From Octopus sinensis (Eukaryota), in NCBI RefSeq assembly GCF_006345805.1, contig NC_043002.1, positions 101,928,001 to 101,992,000 of the forward strand: a stretch of 64,000 nt of DNA, given 5' to 3'. Both the position numbers and the translations under genes were made by a program. The notes below the pieces were generated by a model, which ran no database searches, had not been told where the DNA came from, and saw only the letters and a list, made by a program, of their open reading frames with translations. This document shows, piece by piece, positions 52,757-64,000 of this stretch; within the stretch, counting starts at the first letter, position 1, and each line of letters opens with the position of its first letter.

Positions 52757-52794
52757 TCTTTCTGTCGAAGAGCGTAGGCTCGAAACGTAAAAGA
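52757..52794 (+). ncRNA. Minimal hammerhead variant (CUGUCGA core) in a PLE-type terminal repeat (about 52720-52890)
   Basis: UCUUU-CUGUCGA-A-GAGC(guag)GCUC-GAAAC-GUA^AAAGA. All helices are perfect; the core has A6->U. Confidence 0.6.
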
Positions 52795-53699
52795 CTTGTT
52801 CTATTTCTATTCCTGAGCGCCATACTAATACATTTGTTTGTTTGTACTCCACCTGCCTTCGTCTTTTGTTTATTTTCGTAAACCTTCCCGTTATATATAT
52901 AGAGAGAGAAAGAAGGAGAGAGAGAAAGAGACAAAATGAAAGCCAGAATGGGAGCCAGATAGACTTAAGATAGATAGATAGATAGATAGATTTAAGATAG
53001 ATAGAATCTAAATTCCTGATAGGGCTGAACGTCAGTGTATTTCCAATGGAGCACAGAATCCCATTTCCTCTCTATCATTATTTTTAACAGAACAATCGCG
53101 GGGAACTTAAAAGCCAAATTCTACAGAAACTCCAGGAATATCACCGGAAAAATTATAACAGAATTTAGAAGACAGAAGATGAATTTTGAATATCTGCAAT
53201 TGTTTCGATACCAGCTCGAAGTGTTAACTCCATTGCAGGAAACTGATTCCATGTGAAAAAAGTTACGCAAAATTTCCGGCTGATTTTATATTTCAGGACG
53301 CTCCATCAAACTGGTATTCAAAGATGAGTTTTATATTGAGCGACTGTCAAGCATTCTAAGATGCTTATATTTTGCCTGTTCGCATGAGATCAGTTCTCAA
53401 AACCTATCTTCTATATGCTGCCGTTTACTTGTAGTCGACAATGAAAATAGGTGGAATGAAACAAATATTTATGATGGCCAGTCGTAGTCTTACTTTTCTG
53501 GTTCAGACAAAATATTATCTTGTTTATGGAACTCATATTACTTTGTTATACCTCGGGAAGGTCATGTTGCCCATAATATACACTCGCATTGTATCTATTT
53601 CACCTCTTTCCTTATCGTTATTCAATTGGTTGGTCATTTAACAAATTAGATAACCGATAGTTTGGTTAACAGTTTCATTTACCTAGCTGATAATCAGAT

Positions 53700-54990
53700 A
53701 ATTTCGTCAAAGTTCTTTCTTCACCATTGTTCTATGTGTAGACAAAATTTTAACTTCTATGTTGTTGAGTGAGCCCCCGTGTTCCGGCTCGGCGTGCTGG
53801 TACAGAACCGATGAGCTCTTTTCTTCCTTAAGTTCTCTCAAATGTTCATTTACCCGCTCTCTTATGCTCCGTGCCGTTTCCCCTATGTACGTCGTTGTCT
53901 TGTTACTGCATCGTCCCTCTATACATCTTATACTATAGACTTTACAGTTTGTTTGCGGGCTACATCTACACACAGTACAGTTCCTATCCGTACAGGGGGT
54001 TCTACTAATCCGGTTCTACTGATTAAGGATTTGATTGGGTTGCCTGGCCTTTCAACAACCTTAATCCTTAGCTTAAGTTTGTCTAGGGCCCTTCTAAAGC
54101 GGTATGCAAGTTTGCGTCTAGGGGTGGTGTCGACGAACATAACACTCTGGTATTTTTGGCTTTCCCTATTTTCTTCTTAGTCCTTTCAATAGTGTTCCAT
54201 GACTTGCACCTATAGAGTGGGCAAATCCCATTCCTATCATAACATATGATGGTATCAAATTTCTTCATGGCTCCTTTGTATACTCTGATCCTTTCTTTAT
54301 GGCTGTAATCTGAGAACTGCATGCGAACGAAATGTTGTATGTGTCTCTTTAACTCTGTAGGCTCGCACATGCGGAACACTTTTCGCATTGTTCGGACGAG
54401 GTCTGCCATCAAAATATTAAATTTGGCATTGTCCGCGATAGCTGAGTTCTGGTGGATCAAGTATTTGGAGGCCATAGGTTTGGCATAGTACGAATGAAGG
54501 ATTCGAGTTTTATTATTCTCAGTTTCCAGCCAGAGTTCTGTATCTAGTCTATGGTTAGGGTGTTTAGTAGGGTAGTCTATTGAGACCTTAATACTCTGGT
54601 GGATGGAGTTAGCTATTTGCTGAATGCTCTCCATAGTATTAGTTTCTATTTCTATTACAAGAGTACTCTCTTGTGGGGGTGCCTTTACCACTATGTTGAT
54701 ATCATCAACATAGCGAGAGTACATGTTCGCGAGTATGGAGTTCTGTGCCAGGCGTTCCTTAAGCCTTCTGTCCCACCATGCCATGAAAAGGTTGGCCACA
54801 TCACTGGCGATACTAACGCCGATGGCTTCCCCCTCGTCGTGCATATATTTTCTTGTTAAACTTAAACGTGTGGCCTTTTAGGGTAACTTTTATACTAGCT
54901 CCTAGTGCATGTACGATCGTTTTCTTTACCTGATGGACATTTGCGGGGGTCCGTATGGCTCTGGTCCATCCGCTCCAGCTCTCTATATGC
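53700..54990 (-). mobile_element. Penelope-like element, RT plus GIY-YIG, 5'-truncated and frameshifted
   Basis: FKFNKKIY..GEAIGVSIASDVANLFM, SRYVDDI and HSYYAKP, then KVYSIRC..TTYIGETARSIRERVNEH. Confidence 0.88.
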
Positions 54991-55076
54991 ACATACATAC
55001 ATATACTTATACATGACTGCGTGTGTATCGTTGGCGACTTCCTTTCTCTGTCTTCCCTTCTTTGGACTTTTTCTAT

Positions 55077-55111
55077 ATTTCTGATGAAGAGCTCAGCTCG
55101 AAACGTGAAAT
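55077..55111 (+). ncRNA. Minimal hammerhead with a non-cleavable-looking GUG triplet, in a repeat antisense to the PLE
   Basis: AUUU-CUGAUGA-A-GAGC(uca)GCUC-GAAAC-GUG-AAAU. Confidence 0.55.
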
Positions 55112-55241
55112 CCTCTTTCTTTTCTTTCCTTTCCTGAGCGTCCAATAGTACAGGACTTGAATCACGTCCTCACGTTGTTTTTTCTTGCTTGTTCATGTTT
55201 GGTTGGCATATATAGATATACTTATATATATATATACATAC

Positions 55242-55279
<38 letters not shown>

Positions 55280-55802
55280 CTATATATATACATATACATA
55301 TGCACATATATGTGAGCACAAAGCACACACACATATATATGCATATATGGACAGGCATGTGTGTGCTCTACATAGGCATATGTTTATATGATTATACATA
55401 CATGCATTTATATATGTAAATGTGAGTGTATGCTTGCACGTATATAGCTGTCCACTCTATTTACTCATGGACGCATACTTGTATACATATATATATATAT
55501 ATATATAATATATATAGGCAATCATAATTACACGCCCATACATACTAACCAGCATATAGCATAATATCGAAGTTGATGCATAGATTATATAAATGTACAT
55601 CCAATGAAATCCGAAATATATTTGAGAGCGAGAGGAGAATATATGAATATATTTTGTCATAATGCAGTATAATGATGTAAAGTGTGTAGACGTGCCAAAA
55701 CATCTGACCAAAATAGAAACACTAATTAAATATATATAGAAATACATTCACACATATACATATACATATAGACATACATGCATATGTATATATATATATG
55801 TA

Positions 55803-55850
<48 letters not shown>

Positions 55851-55893
55851 CATACATATATATATATACATATATATATATACAAACACACAG

Positions 55894-55983
<90 letters not shown>

Positions 55984-57495
55984 AATTGCGTGTATGCATG
56001 TACGTATGTGTATGTGTATATATGTGTGTATATACTAAATACATATAGAAAGCTGAGTACGAACATATCAAAAGGATTAAAAATGAAGTATCGCATTAAA
56101 GACGAAAACAAAGAGATTTTTACTGAACAGGAAATATATTTCTTCTTGTTCTCTTGTTCTAGTCTCGTGTGATATTTGATATCAATAATTTCCTCTGTAT
56201 GGTATTTGATATCAATATTTATTTAGCTTATTTCGTGTGTATTATCATGTGTGCGTATGTCTACTCGTATATTGCGATCTATATTTTACATTGAAGGTAG
56301 AAAGATATTCATGTGCAATGAAGGCGTAAAACTATTTTAAAGACGTATCATTTTCTCCCTCCACCACCTCCTCCTCCTCCTCCTCCTCCTTCACCTCATC
56401 CTCCTCTACTTCTTCTTTTCTCTCTCAATCAACTCCTTCTCTTTTTCTTCTTCTTTCTTGCTTTGTTGTTTTTATCTACTTTTTACCCAGCTTTTGTATT
56501 TCTCTTTTCGTTTTTCACAAAATTTGAAGAAATTTCGACCTCAACAGTTTTTCGTTTGTTGTTTTTTTTTAAATATTTTATTCAAATTTTTTAATGGGAA
56601 TGTGCTGAATGCATAATGATTTCATTACCACCCCCACCTCCTCTTCGTCTTTTCAATTTTCCTCCTCTTCATCCGCATCAGCAACACCGTCATTGCAACC
56701 ACCACCCATTACCACAGCCGTCATCAACGTCATTATCTCCTCCGCCTCTTCCTCTTCATCATAATTTTATAGTTACTACGGTCATTACAATTATAATCCA
56801 TGGCCGTCCTAAATACGATCAATCACCGTTAACAACGACCCAAGCAATGCACTTTTTGATGTTTTCCAAAGCCGAACCTCTGTGTAACCGTTGCATTGGA
56901 TGCCTACACCCTATTGCTTCAACGAAATAAAAATGAGGGAACAAGAGAAATTTCCGGATAAATTATAGGAAAATTGAATGAAAGATGGACCCGAAGGAAA
57001 AAGAAAATTAGAATATGATATCTTGATCAGAGAAGTTTTGGGGTGGAGGAAAGGATGTCTGTTTTACTTTCCATGAGGTTGGTTATCCAGTTTCCATGAC
57101 GTTTGCGTGACGGAGACAAAAACATTAAACTTGAACGGAACGACGATCCATGTTTCAGGTTCAGCAACTTTTAAAAGAGAGGACGAATCGATTAACCAAG
57201 GAACTTGACTTATTGCAAATAAGTGCCAAATTTCCATCAAATTATAACATAAATGAAGGACATGTTAGATACACATGCTCGAAATTGTTCTAAAAGTTTT
57301 TTTGCCTCTGGACGAACGTACGAGCACACACACACAGGGACACACGTACATACACACAAGCTCGCATGTATGTTAACGTCGATAAATTTCACGAAAAAAA
57401 AGCATGAGTCAATTCCAAGCTATATTAAAAACGCTTACATAGGCCGAAATGAAATTTAAAGCTTCACATTTATGCGTGTGTCAGTACAGGATATA

Positions 57496-58235
57496 TACTT
57501 TGTTAGGTCTCGGCCGGCATTGGCCCAGGCCATGTCTAACTTAATAACACCAGCTGGCAAAGTTATTCAAATCAGGAATCGGACAACATTGCCCACTCGA
57601 GGAGAGAGTTATTGTTTAAGGAGACATATCCGAGTGTAGGAGATTTATCAGGGATTTTTTAAAGGAATTTGTCCAAAGACCTCTTGATATTTATGGGGTC
57701 TGTTTCTGCCTTATTGTGTTCTGTTGTAATGTTAAACAGACAGGACCAATTGAAGTGAAATAATCGTGCCGTATTGTTGTTATGTGATGCGAGTATGATT
57801 TATGTTGTGGGATGATAGCACAGGGCCAAAGTCTTAGGTATATCTTAAATGCGATACCAACATTTGAGAAATGGTGATGGAATATTTTCTACGTCATGCA
57901 GATGATGTAGCGCTCACGGTGACCTTGGAGAGAATAAAGCTTGAAATTTTCTAGTCGACCTTAATACTGAAGGCCTGTCATGCCATCTATGATTTTTGTA
58001 ATTAACCTTTGTGGTGGTTCAGTTTTCATGAAGCTCTGTTTCGTGTGGTGAGACCACAGTAGACAACAGTATTCAGGATGGGGTCGAGCAAAAGTAGAGA
58101 AAAGGATAAGGCTGTTGATATGTCTCGACTGGAAATTTCTGAGAATCCAGGAGCACATTCTGCAGGCCATGTCAACTTTGGTGTTTATATGAGCAGCCCA
58201 GCTTATGCTGTTGTCCACAGTTACTCCCAAGTCTT
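57496..58235 (-). mobile_element. 3' fragment of the same CR1 family as 13063-15454
   Basis: The reverse complement aligns by eye with about 14700-15450 (GVTVDNSISWAAHINTKVDMA..., 3' UTR gttagacatggcctgggcc). Confidence 0.88.
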
Positions 58236-58284
58236 TCTATATGTATGTATATATGTTCGCGCGCGTCTGTTTGTGTACATAAAT

Positions 58285-58317
<33 letters not shown>

Positions 58318-58759
58318 GATATATACATACATATGTATGTGTGTGTGAATATATATATATATATTCATATTAATGTACATATATAAACATCTCACTCTCC
58401 CTCTCTCTGTGCGTGAGTGTGTGTGTGTGTATGTCTGTATGTATGGATAGATAAATAGAGAGATGTTGATATCCATATATACGCATGTGTGCTTTTCCCA
58501 GTGTATGTATGGCTCTGTGAACGGAACGATATTCACCAACGAAAGTGTCAGCTGCAAAATTTGCGATGACTGTTCTATAAAGCAATTCCAAATGGAGCCG
58601 TCATCAATTATATAATATGTAAAAGCTTGGTATAGAAATAAACCTAACTCCTCATAAGTTATATTAAGACAGACATTTACTATAACCACCATTGGAAACG
58701 CTGTCATCTAAAGGATAAGGCCTTTCACATTTCTCTTGCACTACTAGAAATAGCAGCTG

Positions 58760-59960
58760 ACTCTCTTTTAAACCACAGCCTCCGATTTGATAAAAAGATT
58801 ATTAGATTATTTAGTTATATAAGAGCATATTTTTAGTTTCTGCTGAAATTTAAAACCATTGCTGTTACCATTTTATTTACGCTTAACAGATTAAATGGCT
58901 CGGTAAGAAAAATTCCTAACATCGGGCTATAACAAGTAACTTTAAATGTCATCTATCCTAACTTTCCTAGTTTTCCCTAATAATACTGTTTTTGAAGCTG
59001 CACTAAACTAAGTCCATTCCTTTATCCATCTGTTCAAATCTGTAGGAATAGTTCCTAATTCACCAATATAACTACACTGATACATTTTCCTCGCAATTTC
59101 CATGGTCTTTGTAACTCAATGGATAGGTCATGCTACTTTGCTAGTTTCTCTCTGTTTCTCATATTGGATTTCTCATTATTTCGGACTGTAGACTCAATTG
59201 TCTAGCCCTTTCTGTTCTTTTTATCTGTTACTAGTAACCCGTGGAGGCGCAATGGCCTAGTGGTTAGGGCAGCGGACTCGCGGTCGTAGGATCGCGGTTT
59301 CGATTCCTAGACCGGGCGTTGTGAGTGTTTATTGAGCGAAAACACCTAAAGCTCCACGAGGCTCCGGCAGGGGATGGTGGTGATCCCTGCTGTACTCTTT
59401 CACCACAACTTTCTCTCACTCTTACTTCCTGTTTCTGTTGTACCTGTATTTCAAAGGGCCGGCCTTGTCACTCTCTGTGTCACGCTGAATATCAGGGTAC
59501 ACGTGTCTGTGGAGTGCTCAGCCACTTACACGTTAATTTCACGAGCAGGCTGTTCCGTTGATTCGGATCAACTGGAACCCTCGTCGTCGTAACCGACGGA
59601 GTGCTTCCACACTAGTAACCCAGGCATTCCATCTTCTACAACTCTGTCAGCCTCAAGTTCACATCATATATCACTTTACTAAGTCTATGCTCATGCTATT
59701 TATCAGCAAGGTGAAATCCCAGCTTCCCACATAACTCACAATGGATTATTCTCCCTAGGTTGTCATGTCCTTTCTTGTATTATTTCGGTGCCCGCATCCT
59801 ACCTCCACTAATTATATGAATAAACCTTTTCTACTTTCATTTTCATAACTTACATTGGTAATCTACCTGATTTTTCTCTATCTTGGTTTCTATTCAATGT
59901 CTGATTGAGTTCTGTATAATTTTTCTACTATAGGTAAAAGGCCTGTCATTTTTGCGGAGA
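58760..59960 (-). mobile_element. Possible decayed PLE debris interrupted by a SINE
   Basis: Only a weak CSYIGELG...RWIKE remnant near 59050. Confidence 0.3.
59241..59610 (+). mobile_element. tRNA(Arg)-like SINE with an 11-bp target-site duplication
   Basis: A-box tggcctagtgg, B-box ggtttcgattcc, and TSD actagtaaccc at 59230-59240 and 59611-59621. Confidence 0.9.
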
Positions 59961-60320
59961 GTAAGTCGATTACAAAAACACGACTTCATAACAAGTACTT
60001 ATTTCAAAGACCCCAAAAAGCATGAAAAGAAAAGTCGACTTAAGCGGCATTCGAACTCCGACTAATGGAATGTCTCTAAGCATTTTGTCCGGCGAGGTAG
60101 CAATACTACCCACTCGCCCCTTATATAACATTAATATATTGGTTTCTAACTTCGGCACAAAGCCAGCAATTTCGAAGAGAGTGTGAGTCGTCTACATTCA
60201 TCCCAGTCCGCAACTGCTACTTATTGAAGTCGACCTCGGAGGAATTTGAACTCAGAATGTAAAGATAGACGAAATGCTACTGAACCCGGCGTGCAAATGA
60301 TTCTGACAGCTTGCCGCCTT
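59960..60320 (-). mobile_element. Two decayed Deu/Nin-like SINE pieces
   Basis: aaaagtcgacttaagcggcattcgaactc at about 60030, and gtcgacctcggaggaatttgaactcagaa...gcttgccgcc at 60230-60320. Confidence 0.65.
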
Positions 60321-60914
60321 TGAAGGATTATTGTTCATGTGAACGTGGTGATAATGTATGGAGAGATATTTGCTGACGGAGGGAGTAGCAGATATTGTGG
60401 AAGGCGACAACGAAATGTCTTGTAATTATTTTCTTATTTCATTCCTGAATAACTTTGATCTCCGTAAACACCGTTGCAATTAATTGTTGTCTGCTTAATA
60501 ACGAGAAGCGGATAAGTTTGCTTTCTCCCTTTTTTTTTTGTTTTGTTTGTTTAGTGTTAATTTTAAAATTGAATGGGCAGCAATAGGCGACTCTAACTAA
60601 TATGAGATAAGACATGCGCAGTGAGATGACTCACGTAATGTTGCAGGGAAGCAGCAGCCAAAACATCACCCCTTCCCCCCACAGGAAATACGAAGAGAAG
60701 AGAATGAATTGAGCAATTGTATTAAAGAAAGTACAAAGTTCAAGAAAGCAGAGCAATTATTAAACCTTCCTTGTCAAAAAGCGCAGAATTTCAACGACTC
60801 CAACCAGAGTTATTAATAAAGTGATTACGATTGACAGGCCAAGGAAGCGAAAGGCGGTAGTTTACATCCATTCCAGTTTTGGACAGATGCATATGTTTAT
60901 CAGCCATAAAAAAA

Positions 60915-61310
60915 GTCGATCAGGCATGACTTGTCAGATGGTAAGATGCTGGCTTCCAAACCACATGGTTTCACGTTCAAACCTAATGCATGGCACACTG
61001 TACAAATGGTTTCTACTATAGTCTTGGTTTGCCCATATCTTGCTGAATGGATTTGGTAGATGGAAACTAAAAGAAGCCTATTGTATGTGTGTGTGTGTGT
61101 GTGATTGCGTATCTACTATACCGATAAACAACCGATGTTGGTTTGTTTACTTTCAAGTAATTTAAGATTTCAGCAAAAAAAATCAGCAGAATTTGTAACA
61201 GGCTTAAATGATATGAGTATTGAGGTTGATTCGTTCGACTAAAATCCTGCAAAGCACCGCCCCAGCATGGCCGCAGGTTGAAGCAATTGTAAATTGAAAG
61301 ATAAAATGCA
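60915..61310 (+). mobile_element. Decayed CORE-like SINE
   Basis: ccacatggttt...ggatttggtagatggaaactaaaagaagcc...gcaccgccccagcatggccgcag. Confidence 0.7.
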
Positions 61311-61734
61311 AATGGAGATAAATGGATACCGCTAAACAATTAATCATCTCCAGTTTTATTTTTTACTTATTCCCTCATCGCAAACATTTGACATAGCACG
61401 AGCCATTGGGGGACGTTTCTAAACCGTCACTCAGTCTATTAGAAACATCAGCCAATCCCGCATCAAATTCTGTTTTAGCAAGTTCAACAAATAATATATA
61501 ATTACTCATGTATAAAGTGAGGAAATGATGGCAGATAAAACATGTCGAGCTGTTTGGTGCGATGCAATAACGATAATGACACATGATTTCCTTCCTCCCA
61601 ATGATATGAACATCCACAACACAATTCCTGACGCTGATATATTGCAGAAAAATGTATTCTCCTTCGACAATAAAATGTGAAAATATCGTGTGATGATATG
61701 AGTATGCTTCATGCTTAGGATGACGATTATATTC

Positions 61735-61950
61735 GATTACATTCGATTCCTGGACTGGGCTGTGTCGTGTTCTTGAGCAAACAATTTATTTAACTTTGCC
61801 CCACTCAGCTGTAGAAATGAGTTGCGACGTCACTGGTGCCAAGCTGTATCGGCTTTGGCCTTTCTCTTGGATAACATCGGTCGTTTGGAAACGGGAGAAC
61901 TTGTGCCTCGGAAGGGAACTCTCTAGCTGCAATGCCAAGGTCATTCACAA
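61735..61950 (+). mobile_element. SINE of the 23425-23718 subfamily, decayed
   Basis: ttcgattcctggac...gttcttgagcaa...gagttgcgacgtcactggtgccaagctgtatcgg. Confidence 0.6.
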
Positions 61951-62899
61951 CCGAAGTGAGTCTCTACCCAATTATAATTGCAGCAATATCTGAAGAATAA
62001 AGCAAAGATTGAGACAAAGTGACTTGCAATGGGAACTTAAAAAGTCCTAACAAAATTCAAGAAGGCATTTTCTGTTACACTGTTGCTCCAACCAGATTAT
62101 TGGTGTTTAGGGTATCGTAAAGTAATCCATCATAGAATGATGCAAATCAACGGGATTTAAACATAGGCTGTACATAGTAAACGAAAGATGCAGGTTTCGC
62201 TATTTCTCGCTAAACAACGTGAACAGATTATTTGTTTTTGTAATTAAATGATTTTGCCGTTTATTGGTTGACTCTCTCCATAAATTCGACATTTCTTGTA
62301 CAGGTGCACGGCTTGCCACATGTCAACTGTCACAGAGCAAGGTAGAATGAAATATTTTGCTTCAGGACACAAAGCTGCAAGAAAGAAAATCTCAATTAGG
62401 ATGTTGGATTCATCCAACATTGTAATCATTAGGCTGCATGCCTTCATAGGAACGAAATAGACACAATTAATTAGCACAAATCATTTTGTCCTTAATTAAG
62501 CAACCTATTCTTAGGAAGCTAGAAAATGACGGAAGTACTTTCATTTTCCCAATTTAATGAATCTAATTAGGCTTCATTATGTCTTGATCAGATCCTGATC
62601 AACAAGAAAGTAAAATTAAACGTCATTTTCAATCTTAAATGCGACGCAGAATAACTGAAAGAAAGCGTCGGTTTTCCTCTGAATTTATCTAGCAGTCAGC
62701 CATCATGATTGTGCCATGTAAAATATGCAACAGGGAAATACGGAAGATATGAAAAGCATTTTTAATGTCGACGAATGTGTTTGAAGTTTTATCTTTAAAC
62801 CACTACAAATGCTTTTTTTAACCCTCAAATTTTGCATTTTGTTCTGCAGCATTGTCTTAATATATCTAAATTGTTATATTTTAATTCATATCGATAATA

Positions 62900-62928
62900 T
62901 ACCAGTAGTAGTCGTAGTAGTAGTAGTA

Positions 62929-62994
<66 letters not shown>

Positions 62995-63011
62995 CAGCAG
63001 CAGCAGCAGTG

Positions 63012-63057
<46 letters not shown>

Positions 63058-63085
63058 GAGTAGTAGTAGTAGTAGGAGTAGTAGA
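62900..63085. repeat. (TAG)n microsatellite with a (CAG)n patch
   Basis: Direct inspection. Confidence 0.95.
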
Positions 63086-63537
63086 ATTTACTATTTCGTC
63101 TATTTCTGGCTATGAACAAGCCACCGACAGGAACGCTGCGTCCGTCGCCATATTGCAATCCATTTAATGCCGTTTCGTATATAAGAGATTGTTTCTTAAT
63201 TGCTGCATAATTCTAATGACAGTCACTCAGGCTCATTGTTATTCAATTCTAAATGAACCATTATCTCCTACTCGATGTCATTCCCCCAACAATTTTTTTT
63301 TTCTTCTATATATTAACTAATCTGTTATTCTATTTTAGTTTGTGTAAAGCTGTTCCGATATATAATGGCGGTTTCATAAGTCGATTCATTTGTCTTCATG
63401 TTCGCATTTCAATATACAAACATATACACATGCTTGCACGAACGCTCACATATATATACAAGCATGATCTCTATTTCTCTCTGACTCTCCCTCTCTATCT
63501 CTCCATATATACATATATATATACTATATATATATAT

Positions 63538-63580
<43 letters not shown>

Positions 63581-64000
63581 TATGTATGCGTGTGTATGTA
63601 TGTGTGTGCATGTATATATGTGTGTGTATATGTGTATGAGTGTTTATGCATTATGTGCATATATATATGTGAGTGTCTATATATATATATGTGTATGTAT
63701 ATATGTGCGTGTGTATATATATATATGCATGAGTGTATATATATATATGTGAGTGTGTATATATGTATATATATGTGTGCGTATATGTATGTATATATGT
63801 GTATGTATATGTGTGTGTGTTTGTGTGCTTGTATTTATGCCACACTTTACATCTGTCACGTGACTCCTTTCTAGAACACCTCCCCATATATAGGTTTCGT
63901 CTTCCTTATTCATATATATTCTTATCTCACACCGTATTACCCACAATGCACATTTTGATGCCTCTTCAACTATATTAAATTATATATATGCTATGCTGTT

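Noticed and set aside
62304-62341. 38-nt candidate exon (cttgtacag|...AAG|gtagaa)
   Set aside because: Weak donor site, no partner exons and no recognisable peptide.

Overview
This is AT-rich, microsatellite-dense animal DNA with no host protein-coding exon that I can support. The SINE families (tRNA-derived heads with CORE-like, Deu/Nin-like and Meta-like bodies) look like those of Octopus; this is pattern recognition, not a database result. Most of the window is repeat debris: a Tx1/L1 fragment, three CR1-type LINE fragments, an RTE 3' end, several Penelope-like (PLE) fragments, a Tc1 remnant, a non-autonomous Helitron with intact termini, MITE-like fold-backs and more than 15 SINE copies. 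Most ORFs in the supplied track are translations of (TA)n, (TATG)n and (CA)n tracts. The standout is a tandem array at 49816-51611 of about 4.5 near-identical 402-404 bp units, set inside (TA)n. Every unit junction carries a type I hammerhead ribozyme (UCUUA-CUGAUGA-GCCA...UGGC-GAAAC-UGCA-GUA^UAAGA) with an unusually long stem II and a possible loop-loop pseudoknot. This is the layout expected of a retrozyme that releases about 403-nt self-cleaved, probably circular, RNAs. At least six further hammerhead or hammerhead-like motifs from other repeat families occur elsewhere, mostly in PLE-type terminal repeats and fold-backs. All structures were paired by eye, and coordinates of degenerate elements are approximate.
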